A stretch of DNA of 64,000 bases. Source: Halorarum halobium. Lineage in GTDB: Archaea > Halobacteriota > Halobacteria > Halobacteriales > Haloferacaceae. Below are positions 38,927 through 49,134 of the stretch, piece after piece (positions within the stretch are counted from its first letter, which is position 1; every line of letters starts with the position of its first letter). The stretch is taken from the NCBI RefSeq assembly GCF_032116555.1, contig NZ_CP134949.1, forward strand, positions 930,001-994,000, written 5' to 3'. The position numbers were made by a program, and so were the translations under genes. The notes beneath the pieces are model-generated. The model had not been told where the DNA came from, searched no databases, and saw nothing but the letters and a program-made list of their open reading frames with translations.

Positions 38927-39706
38927 TCACCAGACCGGCTCGAGCGTCTCCCGCGTCCCGCCGGCGACGACCCGTTCGACGTGGGGCGCGACAGCGTGAG
39001 CGGCCGCCTCGAACCGCTCTTTGGCCGATGGCGTCGAGGAGAGCTGGACCGTCACGGGGCTCTCGACCGCGGTCGAGAACCCGCGCGCGATGGTCTCCAG
39101 CCAGTAGGTCGTCGCGTACTCCGGGTCACAGAGGGGAACGAGGAACCCGTCGACGACCTCGTCGAGCCGTGCCAGGTCGAGCCCGCGCCTCGCGCGCAGG
39201 TGACCGGGGTACGGGTCCGGGTGGGCCGTCAGGACGAACTCGCCGGGGACGCGGTCGGCGACGTCCTCGACGAACTCGGTGATGACGGCCGCACGCCAGT
39301 CTGTCCGCTCCTCGTGCTCGCTCGCGTCGAACAGGGCGGTACAGCGCTCGCACCGACAGAACCCCTCGCCGGGGAAGCCGACGGTCAGCAGCCTGACGTC
39401 GGGGCTCGCGGCGACACAGCGGTCCACGCAGTCGTGGATGCGGTCGCGGTACCCCTCGTCGGTCGGGCAGAGCCAGTTCCAGTCGAACTCGCGCCGGGCC
39501 GAACTCGCCCGATCGCCGTCGGCGTCCACGGCGAGCCGGTCGGGTTCGGCGCGCCCCGTCGCGGTGTCGCCGAAGCAGGCGACCGAGTTGATGGCGTCGG
39601 CGCGCGGGTCGACCGTCTCGCCGCTCACCCGCTTGACCGTGTAGTGAGCGACCTCGGGGTCGAGCGAGTCGACCGCGGCCGGGTCGTGCGTCGTGATGCC
39701 GTCCAT
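38927..39706 (-). CDS. Hypothetical protein, GH10-like barrel with CxCxxC motif
   Basis: FDWNWLCPT, GFPGEGFCRCERC, DWRAAVITEFV, YATTYWLE. Confidence 0.75.
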   Translation of the reverse strand: MDGITTHDPAAVDSLDPEVAHYTVKRVSGETVDPRADAINSVACFGDTATGRAEPDRLAVDADGDRASSARREFDWNWLCPTDEGYRDRIHDCVDRCVAASPDVRLLTVGFPGEGFCRCERCTALFDASEHEERTDWRAAVITEFVEDVADRVPGEFVLTAHPDPYPGHLRARRGLDLARLDEVVDGFLVPLCDPEYATTYWLETIARGFSTAVESPVTVQLSSTPSAKERFEAAAHAVAPHVERVVAGGTRETLEPVW

Positions 39707-39814
39707 ACCGGCGGTTCGGGCGGGGGCCACTAAGTCGTGTCCCGGGGCGACCACGCGCCGTCGGCCGGAGCCGGCTCCGAAGGCGATAAGGTTCGCGCCC
39801 CCCTGCTCCCGTCC

Positions 39815-40696
39815 ATGAGCCAGGCGCTGGTGATCGTCGCCCACGGGTCACACCTCAACCCCGATTCGAGCGCGCCGACCGTCGCGCACGCCGACACGAT
39901 CAGAGCGACCGGCGCGTTCGACGAGGTCCGGACCGGCTTCTGGAAGGAGGAGCCGAGCCTCCGCGAGGTGCTCCGGACCGTGGCTGCCGAGGAGGTGTTC
40001 GTCGTCCCGATGTTCATCTCGGAGGGCTACTTCACCGAGCAGGTCATCCCCCGCGAGCTCCGGCTCGACGGCTGGGACGTGGCCGACTGGAACTCGGACG
40101 GCCTCTCGGCGGACGTCGCCACCTACGCCGCGAGCGACACCGGCCAGACGGTCCACTACTGCGGCCCGGTCGGCACCCACGAGTCGATGACGGACGTGCT
40201 GGTTCGCCGCGCCGAGTCGGTCACCGGCGACGCCGAGGTGGGCGAGGGGTTCGGGTTCGCCGTCGTCGGCCACGGCACCGAGCGCAACGAGAACTCCGCG
40301 AAGGCCATCGAGTACCACGCCGAGCGCGTCCGCGGTCTGGACCGCTTCGACGAGGTGCGGGCGCTCTACATGGACGAGGAGCCGGAGGTCGACGACCTCC
40401 CCGACTACTTCGAGAGCGAGGACGTCGTGCTCGTCCCGCTGTTCGTCGCCGACGGCTTCCACACCCAGGAGGACATCCCCGAGGACGTCGGCCTCACCGA
40501 CGACTACCGCGAGGGGTACGACGTGCCCGCCGAGGTCGGTGGCCACCGCGTCTGGTACGCGGGCGCTGTCGGCACCGAGCCCCTGCTGGCCGACGTCGTG
40601 CTCGAGCGCGCCGCCGACGCGGGCGCCGACGTCGGCACCGCCGTCGAGGACGTGCGCGAGACGACCCGCGTCGCGGCCCCGGAGGCTGACGACTGA
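39815..40696 (+). CDS. CbiX/SirB family chelatase-like protein
   Basis: VAHGSH, FWKEEPSL, VVPMFISEGYF, VGHGT, VPLFVADGFHTQEDIP. Confidence 0.88.
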   Translation: MSQALVIVAHGSHLNPDSSAPTVAHADTIRATGAFDEVRTGFWKEEPSLREVLRTVAAEEVFVVPMFISEGYFTEQVIPRELRLDGWDVADWNSDGLSADVATYAASDTGQTVHYCGPVGTHESMTDVLVRRAESVTGDAEVGEGFGFAVVGHGTERNENSAKAIEYHAERVRGLDRFDEVRALYMDEEPEVDDLPDYFESEDVVLVPLFVADGFHTQEDIPEDVGLTDDYREGYDVPAEVGGHRVWYAGAVGTEPLLADVVLERAADAGADVGTAVEDVRETTRVAAPEADD

Positions 40697-41785
40697 ATGC
40701 GGGCCGCTCAGTTCGACGCGTTAGTCGACGCCGCGGGCGGTGAGCGCGGCGTCGACTTCGAGGGGCTCCGCGTCTCACGCGACCCCGAAGGCGGGTTCCG
40801 CTTCGAGACGCCCGCCGTGACGGCGACGGGCCTCTCCGAGGCGGAACTGCACGCCCACGCCGACGGCTCGCCACACGTCACGAACTGGTACTTCTGGGAG
40901 CGGGACGTGAAGCGGCGCGACTCGCCGCGGCGCGCGTTCCTCCGACGCGCCGAGGCCGCCGACTCGCGGCAGGTCGCGGACAGGTACGACGCGCTCCGCG
41001 GGGGCCTGGTCACCGAGTGGGGGCAACTCCGCATCGAGGCGACGCTCTCGGACCACGGCGCGCGACGCTACGACCTCCGCCACGTCGACGACGCCGACCG
41101 CGGGGGCTCCGACCTCGAGGCCCACGAGGACCCGTTCGACGCCCGCGAGATCGCCACGCTCGACGACGACGGGCGCTACCGGCCGCTCAAGACCGCCCCG
41201 TCGCTCCCGAGCGGGTGGGTGTTCCCCTCGCTGGACTGGCACGCCGTGCTGGAGGCGGTGGAGGCGTTCTACCCGGTGACCGTGGCGAACTGGTACCGCG
41301 AGCGCGAGGGCGAACTGGACGTGAGCCACTGGCGGGAGACGGCCGAGCGCCAGACCGGCATCTACGACGTGATCGAGGAACTCCCGCGCGAATCCGTCGA
41401 GCACGTCGCGAGCGCCTGCTGTGTCGACTCGCAGTGTCTGAAGCGCCGCGAGTGGGAGTACGACGAGGGCGACGAACTCGCCGCCGACGGCGGGACGGGG
41501 GCGTTCCCGTGCCGGGAGCCGTGCTCGCTCGTGGTCGCTGCCTCCCGGAAGTGGACGACCCTCGAGCGCGAGGAGGAGCGCGAGTTCGGCATCTCGCTGA
41601 CGCCGAGCGAGGCCGAGCAGGTGGGCGAGATCGTCGACGCCGTCGCGGACGGCCGGGTCGAGGAGATCCGCGAGGCGGACGTGGGCGAGGGCGCGAACCG
41701 CTACCGCGCGCGCTACCTGCGGGCAAAGCACATGGGCGAGGACGGGACGCTCGACTGGACGGACGGGAACGAGACCGACTCCTGA
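40697..41785 (+). CDS. DR2241 family protein (Cys-rich, putative Fe-S)
   Basis: GRYRPLKTAPSLPSGW, RQTGIY, CCVDSQCLK..PCREPC; directly abuts the CbiX gene. Confidence 0.8.
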   Translation: MRAAQFDALVDAAGGERGVDFEGLRVSRDPEGGFRFETPAVTATGLSEAELHAHADGSPHVTNWYFWERDVKRRDSPRRAFLRRAEAADSRQVADRYDALRGGLVTEWGQLRIEATLSDHGARRYDLRHVDDADRGGSDLEAHEDPFDAREIATLDDDGRYRPLKTAPSLPSGWVFPSLDWHAVLEAVEAFYPVTVANWYREREGELDVSHWRETAERQTGIYDVIEELPRESVEHVASACCVDSQCLKRREWEYDEGDELAADGGTGAFPCREPCSLVVAASRKWTTLEREEEREFGISLTPSEAEQVGEIVDAVADGRVEEIREADVGEGANRYRARYLRAKHMGEDGTLDWTDGNETDS

Positions 41786-41866
41786 CTCGGGGCCCGGCGT
41801 CGCGACGAGCAGCCGAGCCGGCCGGGTACGAACCGTCGACCTGGCCGGGGAGGAGCGGCCGGCGTC

Positions 41867-42475
41867 TCAGGTCCGGAGCACGTACGCCGCGCCACAGACC
41901 GAGAGCACGACCGCCAGCAGGCCCATCGCCACGGCGAAGCTGTTCAGCGTGAGGACGGCGATCACGCCCGCGAGCAGCGCGGTCAGGGCGAACGCCGCGA
42001 GCAGCAGCGAGACGGACTCGTCGCCGGGCCACCTGCTCCCGTCGCCCAGCCGCCGTCCCTGGTCCGGGCCCCCGGACTGGCCGGACCCCTGATCGGTCCC
42101 GCGCTTGGGCGGCTGTGAGAGGGCGTCGTCCACGTCGACGCCCGCCGTTCTCTCGCGCGGCTCCAGCGCGAGGTCCACGTCCGCGCCGTCGGCACCGTGG
42201 CCGGTGATCACTTCGAGGCCGCCGCCGACCGGTTCGGGGACGTCCGCGGCGTCGACGTGGACGTGGCGCGTCTCCCCCTCGTCGACGAAGTGGTTGGCCG
42301 CGCTCACGGAGGTCAGGTCCGCGAGCCGGTCCCGAAAGCGGACGTGGACGTGCACCGCCTTGCCCCGGTTGTCCAGCGCGAGCGTGAACGAGCCGCTGCT
42401 CGTGAACGACGCGGGAGCGTCCACGCCGTTGAGGCGGTCGCGGTTGAGGACGACGCGCAGCGGCTCCGAGGACAC
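41867..42475 (-). CDS. Hypothetical protein with C-terminal membrane anchor
   Basis: NRGKAVHVHV beta domain plus two C-terminal TM helices. Confidence 0.75.
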   Translation of the reverse strand: MSSEPLRVVLNRDRLNGVDAPASFTSSGSFTLALDNRGKAVHVHVRFRDRLADLTSVSAANHFVDEGETRHVHVDAADVPEPVGGGLEVITGHGADGADVDLALEPRERTAGVDVDDALSQPPKRGTDQGSGQSGGPDQGRRLGDGSRWPGDESVSLLLAAFALTALLAGVIAVLTLNSFAVAMGLLAVVLSVCGAAYVLRT

Positions 42476-42538
42476 GTCGGGGGATTACGGTAAACCGGCA
42501 AAAAGGTTCGCGTGGTCGCCTCGCGGGCGGTCGGCGGC

Positions 42539-42733
42539 TCAGGCCTCCCGCATGTCCGGCGGGAGGAGGTTCGGGATGCCGTCCTCGATGGGGTACGCCT
42601 CGCCACAGTCCGTGCAGGTGAGCGTCCCCGAGATGATCTCCCCGTCGTCCTCCTCGTCGCGTTCCTCGACCGAGAGCTCCAGGTCGTGCTTGTCGAGCGG
42701 GCAGCAGACGATGTCCAGCAGGGACTCCTTCAT
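42539..42733 (-). CDS. trm112: Methyltransferase activator Trm112
   Basis: LLDIVCCPLDK...CTDCGEAYPIEDGIPNLLP. Confidence 0.93.
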   Translation of the reverse strand: MKESLLDIVCCPLDKHDLELSVEERDEEDDGEIISGTLTCTDCGEAYPIEDGIPNLLPPDMREA

Positions 42734-42792
42734 TGTCGGCCAGTGGGCCCGGACCCGTCAAAAGCCTACGGGTTCGACCGGGCGACGCGCGG

Positions 42793-44115
42793 CTACTCCC
42801 AGGGGTTCGCGCGGACGACCGTCTCCGCGCGGTCGGGGCCGACGCCGACGGCGTACACCGGCGCCTCCACTTGCTCCTCGGCGTACCCGAGGTACTCCCG
42901 TGCGGCGTCGGGGATCGCCTCGTAACCCGTCTCGGCCACGTCGGCCCAGTCGACCTCGGGCCACGGCTCGAACTCGCGGAGGATCGGCTCACAGCGGGCC
43001 CACTCCTCGGTCGTGGACGGGACCGTCTCGATCGTCTCCCCGTCGAGGTCGTACGCGTGGCCGACGTGCACCTCGTCGAGGCCCGCGAGCACGTCGACGT
43101 GGTTGACGGCGATCCCGGTGAACCCGTTCGCGCGGGAGGCGTGCCGGAGCATCGGGACGTCGAGCCAGCCGATGCGGCGCGGACGCCCGGTGACGGTGCC
43201 GAACTCGCCGCCCTTCTCGCGGATGAAGTCCGCGAGCTCCTCGTCCGGCCCCTCGAGTTCCGTCGGGAGCGGCCCCTCGCCGACCCGCGAGAGGTACGCC
43301 TTCACGACGCCGACGACCTCGCCCCGGCCGGTGACGGTCGGGCCGACGCCGGAGCCGACCGCGGCAGCGCCGGCCGTCGGGTTCGAGGAGGTGACGTACG
43401 GGTAGTTGCCGTGGTCGACGTCGATGGAGGTGCCCTGTGCGCCCTCGAACATGAGGTTCTTCCCGGCCTCGCGCCGCTCGTGGAGGAAGTCGCCGCAGTC
43501 GACGGTCATGCCCTCCTCGCGGAGGCGCTCGCCGACGGCGGCGAACTCCTCGTGGAGCGCCTCGACGTCGCACTCCTCGCCCGCCTCGAGGCCGTACACG
43601 TCCTCGATGAGCGCGCGCTTTTGGGGGACGGCGTACTCCAGGCGCTCGCGGAGGACTTCCGGGTCGAGCAGGTCGCCGATCCGGACGCCCCGGCGGCCGG
43701 CCTTGTCCTCGTAGGTCGGGCCGATGCCGCGGCCGGTGGTGCCCACCTTCACCCCCGAGTCGGCCTTCGCCTCCTCCTCGATGCCGTCGAGGCGGCGGTG
43801 GTACGGGAGAATGACGTGCGCGCGGCGGGCGACGCGGACGTCGGGGTCGAGCCCCTTCCCGCGGAGCTCGTCGAGCTCGTCGAACAGCGTCCGCGGGTTG
43901 ACGACACAGCCGTTGCCGAGCACGCCGACCTTCCCGCGGACCGCGCCCGAGGGGACGAGCGAGAGCGCGTACTCCTCCCCGCCTTCGACCACGGTGTGGC
44001 CGGCGTTGTCACCGCCCTGATACCGGACGACGACGTCGGCCTCCCCGCCCCAGAGGTCGACGAGGGCGCCCTTCCCCTCGTCGCCGAGCTGGGAGCCGAC
44101 GATAGTTACGGTCAT
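42793..44115 (-). CDS. purA: Adenylosuccinate synthetase
   Basis: GDEGKG, RYQGGDNAGHT, GTTGRGIGPTY, GTVTGRPRRIGW. Confidence 0.98.
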   Translation of the reverse strand: MTVTIVGSQLGDEGKGALVDLWGGEADVVVRYQGGDNAGHTVVEGGEEYALSLVPSGAVRGKVGVLGNGCVVNPRTLFDELDELRGKGLDPDVRVARRAHVILPYHRRLDGIEEEAKADSGVKVGTTGRGIGPTYEDKAGRRGVRIGDLLDPEVLRERLEYAVPQKRALIEDVYGLEAGEECDVEALHEEFAAVGERLREEGMTVDCGDFLHERREAGKNLMFEGAQGTSIDVDHGNYPYVTSSNPTAGAAAVGSGVGPTVTGRGEVVGVVKAYLSRVGEGPLPTELEGPDEELADFIREKGGEFGTVTGRPRRIGWLDVPMLRHASRANGFTGIAVNHVDVLAGLDEVHVGHAYDLDGETIETVPSTTEEWARCEPILREFEPWPEVDWADVAETGYEAIPDAAREYLGYAEEQVEAPVYAVGVGPDRAETVVRANPWE

Positions 44116-44428
44116 ACCGTCGCCCACTTCCCCGGCGGCCGGTAAACCGATTACGGTCCCGACGCGCTGAGTATCCACGTTCACGCATCGAGTCCCGCTG
44201 TTCTCGCCGGAAATGTCCCCACACATGTATCAGTCCGCGCCGCCGCCGGCGTCCCGTCCGGGGATACCTGTCGGTGCGGGTTGCCTGCCGAACCCCCTGC
44301 TGCCGCGGAACCCTGACACGACCGCCGGGAACGGAACTGTTAACCTGTACCACCCGAAACGTCGCCCAATATCGGTCGTAACCGGCCGGTTCCGCCCGCT
44401 TTCTGCACGGCCCCGTCCCGCGACGGAG

Positions 44429-44441
44429 GGTAACTTTTAAA
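44429..44441 (+). promoter_or_regulatory. TATA box (CTTTTAAA) of a leaderless gene
   Basis: ~28 nt upstream of ATG 44469. Confidence 0.65.
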
Positions 44442-44468
44442 CCCCGCACGCACAAGTTAACATGTGGC

Positions 44469-44774
44469 ATGATAGATCGACTTGAGAAGGAGGTGGACAT
44501 GCTGGAGCGACACCTCCAAGTCCTCCGGATGGTCATCGAGAACGAACCGATCGGCATCGTGAAGATGTCGAACGAGACGGGCTACCCGCATCACAAGGTA
44601 CGCTACTCGCTGCGCGTTCTCGAGGAGGAGAACCTCATCGAGCCGTCCAGCCAGGGCGCCATCACGACCGAGCGCACCGTGGAGTTCGTCGACGAACTGG
44701 ACGACAAACTCGACGACATCATCGACAAGATCGGCGGCATGCGCATCGACAACCCGCCGGAAGTCGAGAACTGA
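44469..44774 (+). CDS. Conserved archaeal winged-helix protein (predicted regulator)
   Basis: EPIGIVKMSNETGYPHHKVRYSLRVLEEENLIEPS HTH pattern. Confidence 0.85.
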   Translation: MIDRLEKEVDMLERHLQVLRMVIENEPIGIVKMSNETGYPHHKVRYSLRVLEEENLIEPSSQGAITTERTVEFVDELDDKLDDIIDKIGGMRIDNPPEVEN

Positions 44775-44794
44775 CCCGACTTCGAACTCCGAGC

Positions 44795-47212
44795 CTATAG
44801 CTCCGGCACGTTCACGTGGAACTCACCCTCCCGTGACTCGACGAGACACAGGTGGAACCCCCGCTTGCGGGAGAGCTTCACGAAGCTTTTGTTCTTGTTG
44901 CGGTTGAGCAGGCCGCCGCCGGTCGCGTCCGCGACCGCTTCGAGCGCGCCCGGTTCGAAGAACGACGACGTGACGTGGAAGGCGGCCGCCAGCCCGTCGT
45001 TCTGGTCCGCGACGCTGCTTGCGCCACCCACGAGCCCGTCGAGCATCGACTCCGTCGTGGCGGTCCGCGAGTCGGTGACGTTGGCGACCACGAGCGGGTC
45101 GCCCATCCGGTCGCGCAACACGACGTCGAACGAGCGCTCCTCGTTCTTCTTGCCCTGCTCGTCGACGAGGTCGACGACCGCGTCGAGTTCGGCGCGGTCG
45201 ATCTTCGGGATGGCGTCGTACAGCGCGCGCATCGACGACCGGCTCCCCGTCTCTCGAATCTCGTACAGCAGGGTCCGGACGACCCACTCGACGAAGCCGT
45301 ACTCGATGGTGTCCTCGAGCCATTCGCCGTAGGCGGTCCCGCCGACGACGGCGTCCGCGGCGTCGAACTCGGTGTGGACCTCCAGCCGGAGGTTCTCGTC
45401 GACCTCCTCGCGGGTGGCGTTGCCCGCGTGGACCTTCTCCAGGGTCCCTTCGCCCTTCGACTCGTATCTGACGAACAGGTTCGTTCCTTCGAGCGCGCGC
45501 GACGGGGAGATCGACCGGCCGCCGGCCGCGTCCGACGATCCGGCCGATTCCGAGAGCTGCGAGCGCGCGTCGGCCAGGTCCGACTGGAGCGTCTCGATCC
45601 GGCCTTCGAGCCGTTCGTTCTCCTCGGTGAGCCGCTCGACCTCGCTACGGGCCGTCGAAAGCTCCTCCCGCGTGGAGGCGAGCTCCTCGGCCGCGTTCTC
45701 CTTGGCGCTCCGCGCCCGCTGCAGGTCCCGCCGCAGCGTCGCGCTCTCGACGGCGTCACCGTCCTCCCCGGACGCGTCGTCGTCCTCGCCGGACTCGGAC
45801 TCAGCGGCACGATCGGCCTCCGGAGGACGCTCGGATTCCGGGGACGGCTCGGGCTCTGATCGCCGCCCGGACCGCGCGTCGTCGGTTCCCGACGCGGCCG
45901 TGGCGCTCCCGTCGGTTCGGTTCCGTCGCGCCGCGCTCGACGGTCGGTCGGCCGCACTCGTCGACGCCGACCGTCCCTGCGCGTCGGCCCCGTCGGGGTC
46001 GGCCGCCCGGGTCTCGTCGGGGTCGAGCGAGGGGATGGCGGTCGTCTCCCGCCACTGCTCCTCGGCGGAGAAGGGGTCGGACTCGGCGGCCGCGACGGCG
46101 TCGGTCGGCTCGGCGTCGCGCTGTCGCTTTCGCTCCTTGCTCTCCTCCCGTCGCGCGGGGCGTTCGCTCGCGGCCGTGGCGGAGCCGTCGTCGTCCTCGT
46201 CCGACGCCGACACGGCCGCCGGCGACGCGTCGGCGGACCCGGCCTCGGCCGCGGGCTCCTCGTCGACGTCGTCTGGTTCCGCGTCGACCCCGGCTTCGGG
46301 TTCGGACTCGCTCCCTGACGGGGTGCTCGGGGCCGTGGTCTCCTCGGTGTGCTCCCGTTCGGCAGCGTCCCGCCCAGTCGCCGTCTCGCCGACCGCCTCG
46401 CCGCCCCCCGCGTCCGGGTCGATGGTGACGCTCCCGGGGCCAGCGTCCCCGGCGTCGGCGGCCTCGTCCGACGCGTCCGCTTCGCTCGGCTCCTCGGCCT
46501 CGTTCGAACTCGCGGCTTCCTCCGGGTCCTCGGCCTCGTCGATCGCCGCCGCGGTGCCGCCGCCGCCGCCGCCCGCCGTCCCGAGGTCGCTCCCGCCCGA
46601 GTCGTCAGGTTCCGGTTCCGCGGCGGACTCCGGCTCCGTATCGAGCGTCGGATCGGGGTCCGGCTCGGGTTCGGGCTCCGGAACGTCGATCACGTCCACG
46701 TCGACCGTCCTGACCTCGTAGATGCCGACCTCGTCGTCGGCGCGTTCGAACGCCTCGTCGTCGGTGAGCAGCTCGCGCTGGGTGCCGACGAACGCGCACG
46801 CGAGCCGACGGCCGCCGTGGTAGACGACGTAGTAGTCGCCCGAGAGGACGTTCTCGGAGAGCTCGACGAAGCCGGTGAAGTTGCCGGCAGAGAGCGTAGC
46901 GTCGGCCTCCGAGAGCGGGGTGTCGTTCGTGTAGTACTTCGCTTTGGTCTCCCCGCCGCGTTCGCGCATCGCAAACAGCAGCGGGAGCGAGGGGTCTGGC
47001 GCGGCGTATGCCGTCCCGTCGGCGTCCTCGAAGGACTCGATGGTCCCGTCGGCGGCGCCGACGACGCGACCGTTCAGCACGAACAGCCACGCCGTCCCGT
47101 CGGTGACCGCGCCCGTGAACTCGCGGTCGGCGAGTTCGTGAAGGCCGCCGTATCCCCCCGAATACGGCTCGGAACTCCAGCCGGTCACCGTCTCGATTGT
47201 CTCGCTATCCAT
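44795..47212 (-). CDS. Large conserved haloarchaeal protein (globular N-domain, acidic linker, coiled coil, C-domain)
   Basis: FTGFVELSENVLSGDYYVVY; heptad region; C-terminal FVKLSRKRGFHLCLVE. Confidence 0.8.
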   Translation of the reverse strand: MDSETIETVTGWSSEPYSGGYGGLHELADREFTGAVTDGTAWLFVLNGRVVGAADGTIESFEDADGTAYAAPDPSLPLLFAMRERGGETKAKYYTNDTPLSEADATLSAGNFTGFVELSENVLSGDYYVVYHGGRRLACAFVGTQRELLTDDEAFERADDEVGIYEVRTVDVDVIDVPEPEPEPDPDPTLDTEPESAAEPEPDDSGGSDLGTAGGGGGGTAAAIDEAEDPEEAASSNEAEEPSEADASDEAADAGDAGPGSVTIDPDAGGGEAVGETATGRDAAEREHTEETTAPSTPSGSESEPEAGVDAEPDDVDEEPAAEAGSADASPAAVSASDEDDDGSATAASERPARREESKERKRQRDAEPTDAVAAAESDPFSAEEQWRETTAIPSLDPDETRAADPDGADAQGRSASTSAADRPSSAARRNRTDGSATAASGTDDARSGRRSEPEPSPESERPPEADRAAESESGEDDDASGEDGDAVESATLRRDLQRARSAKENAAEELASTREELSTARSEVERLTEENERLEGRIETLQSDLADARSQLSESAGSSDAAGGRSISPSRALEGTNLFVRYESKGEGTLEKVHAGNATREEVDENLRLEVHTEFDAADAVVGGTAYGEWLEDTIEYGFVEWVVRTLLYEIRETGSRSSMRALYDAIPKIDRAELDAVVDLVDEQGKKNEERSFDVVLRDRMGDPLVVANVTDSRTATTESMLDGLVGGASSVADQNDGLAAAFHVTSSFFEPGALEAVADATGGGLLNRNKNKSFVKLSRKRGFHLCLVESREGEFHVNVPEL

Positions 47213-47334
47213 TGCCGGTAGTTCGCTTCGTCCCACGCAAATACGTTTCGTTCGGTGTGACGGGCGTCTTGCGTCGGGGCGTGGCCGTTGGCCGCTTGTT
47301 TTCGACCGTCGTGACCGCCGACTGAACGGTCCGG

Positions 47335-47625
47335 TCAGCCCGCGACCGCGTAGGTGAACAGGAAGCCGAAGTAGAGCAGGACGAGCGCGCCGAGCGCGAG
47401 GATCTGGAAGCGCCGCAGGTCGGCCGCCTCGCCCTCGCTCGCGGCGTCGTAGGCGGCCCGCTCCGCCTCGGAGAGGTCCCCGTGGTCGAGGCCGACGTGG
47501 AGGTCGCGGTGTCGTTCCCGGGCGAACGGCGCGCCACAGCGTGGGCACTCGTACACCGTCGCGTCCGCCGGTACGTCGGTCCTCGGTGCGGCGTCCCGGG
47601 ATCGGACGTCAGCGTCGCCGGTCAT
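47335..47625 (-). CDS. Small C2H2 zinc-finger membrane protein
   Basis: CPRCGAPF..HRDLHVGLDH plus C-terminal TM; ATGA overlap with upstream gene. Confidence 0.8.
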   Translation of the reverse strand: MTGDADVRSRDAAPRTDVPADATVYECPRCGAPFARERHRDLHVGLDHGDLSEAERAAYDAASEGEAADLRRFQILALGALVLLYFGFLFTYAVAG

Positions 47626-49007
47626 ACGAACGGCGGCACACCCCCGGGGCGCGTGAGGATCCACAGGCTGACCATCGTGTACAGCACCATCGCGGCCGTG
47701 ACGCCGTACTGGCTCCGGATCGCCTGCAATCGGTCCGGGAACAGGTCGTAGGCGACCGCGTGTGCGACCCAGACCGCGAGCAGGTGCCCCGCCAGCACGG
47801 CCGCGATGCCGACCCCGCCGAACCAGCCGGGGACGACGAGCTGTGGCGGCGAGGGCGGCGGAGCGAGCGGCGAGGCGAGCACGACCGCGAGCGTCGGCGC
47901 GAGCGCGAGCACGGAGCCGAGGTTGTGCGCGAGGTGATAGCCCGCCGCGATGGCGAGCAGCGAGGGGGCGAACCGGCGGCCGAGCGCGGCCGTCGAGACG
48001 AACGTGTCCGCGTAGCGGCGTGCGGCACGGACCGCCCCGAAGTACGCGCCGAGAAACAGCGCGAACCCGGCGACCATGCCGACGGCGTAGATCGCGAGCG
48101 GCGGGACGCCCGCGAGGAACAGGGCGCGGGCGAACTCGGCCCAGAGGTCGGTGCCGGCGAAGCCGTCGAACGTCGTGACGAACAGCACCGCGATGACGAA
48201 GGCCACGTCGCTCCGGTCCCGCAGCCAGCCGGCGTCCGTGAGTCCCGTCCCGGGGAGCCTGAGTCGGAGCCCGTCGTCGGTTCGAGCGAGCGGCGCGACG
48301 CGGCCGTAGGCCGCGAGCAGGCGCGACACCGGGTCGGCGTTGCCGAACCAGTCGTCGGCACCGACGGCGACGCTGCCGGCGAGCGAGAGGAGGCCGTAGC
48401 CCAGGACGACGAGGGTCAACAGGCGCGGGTCGTCCGCCAGCGGCGTCACGACTTCGAGATACACCAGGGCGAGGAGCCCGACGACGGCGGGCCAGCGCCC
48501 GAGGGAGTCGGGATATGACCTGTCGAGCGACGGGAGCGCGAGCGCGATCGTCCGGAACGGGTTCACGACGGGCCAGCTGTTGGTAAACAGGTAGGCGGTG
48601 GCGACGAACGCGCCCCACCACGCGATCCAGACGAGCAGCACCGCGGCGTTCCGCCCGCCGACGTCCGGCCCGAGGAGGCCGGTGACGACGACGAGCGCGA
48701 GGCCGACGAGGCCGAGCGCCCTGCCGGCGAGCGTCGCCAGCCTGCCGGGGTCGAGCACCGGCCGCCGCCAGCCGTCCAGCCGCCGGATGTACGCCCGGTC
48801 GGTGACGAAGGAGGCGAGCAGGAACGACGCGCCGATGACGCCCCCGCCGGTGGCGAGAAACAGCCACGTCGGCACCGTGAGACTGCCGGCACCGGCACCG
48901 CGGACGCCGCCGGCGTGTGCGAGCGCGCTGCCCGCGAGCGCGAGCAGGCCCAGGAACGCTGCCCCGATCAGGCTCGCTCGAGGTCGCGGGAGGGCGCGGT
49001 CGGTCAT
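47622..49007 (-). CDS. Conserved polytopic membrane protein
   Basis: ~12 TM helices; WPVVNPFRT, IAAGYHLAHN, RSQY..AMVLYTMVSLWI. Confidence 0.8.
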   Translation of the reverse strand: MTDRALPRPRASLIGAAFLGLLALAGSALAHAGGVRGAGAGSLTVPTWLFLATGGGVIGASFLLASFVTDRAYIRRLDGWRRPVLDPGRLATLAGRALGLVGLALVVVTGLLGPDVGGRNAAVLLVWIAWWGAFVATAYLFTNSWPVVNPFRTIALALPSLDRSYPDSLGRWPAVVGLLALVYLEVVTPLADDPRLLTLVVLGYGLLSLAGSVAVGADDWFGNADPVSRLLAAYGRVAPLARTDDGLRLRLPGTGLTDAGWLRDRSDVAFVIAVLFVTTFDGFAGTDLWAEFARALFLAGVPPLAIYAVGMVAGFALFLGAYFGAVRAARRYADTFVSTAALGRRFAPSLLAIAAGYHLAHNLGSVLALAPTLAVVLASPLAPPPSPPQLVVPGWFGGVGIAAVLAGHLLAVWVAHAVAYDLFPDRLQAIRSQYGVTAAMVLYTMVSLWILTRPGGVPPFV

Positions 49008-49134
49008 CGCCGGCGGTAGGGACGGCGGTCGGGAGTAGCTTCCGGAATCGCCCCGGCGTTCGACTGCCGTGCCAACCCGGAGTCGACGCGTTCGAGATCG
49101 GTCGGACGCGTGGTCCGGGGCGGTCGGCCGCCGA

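Noticed and set aside
44116..44468. tRNA or ncRNA in the purA intergenic region
   Set aside because: No cloverleaf, T-loop or recognisable SRP/RNase P motifs; none found elsewhere in the window either
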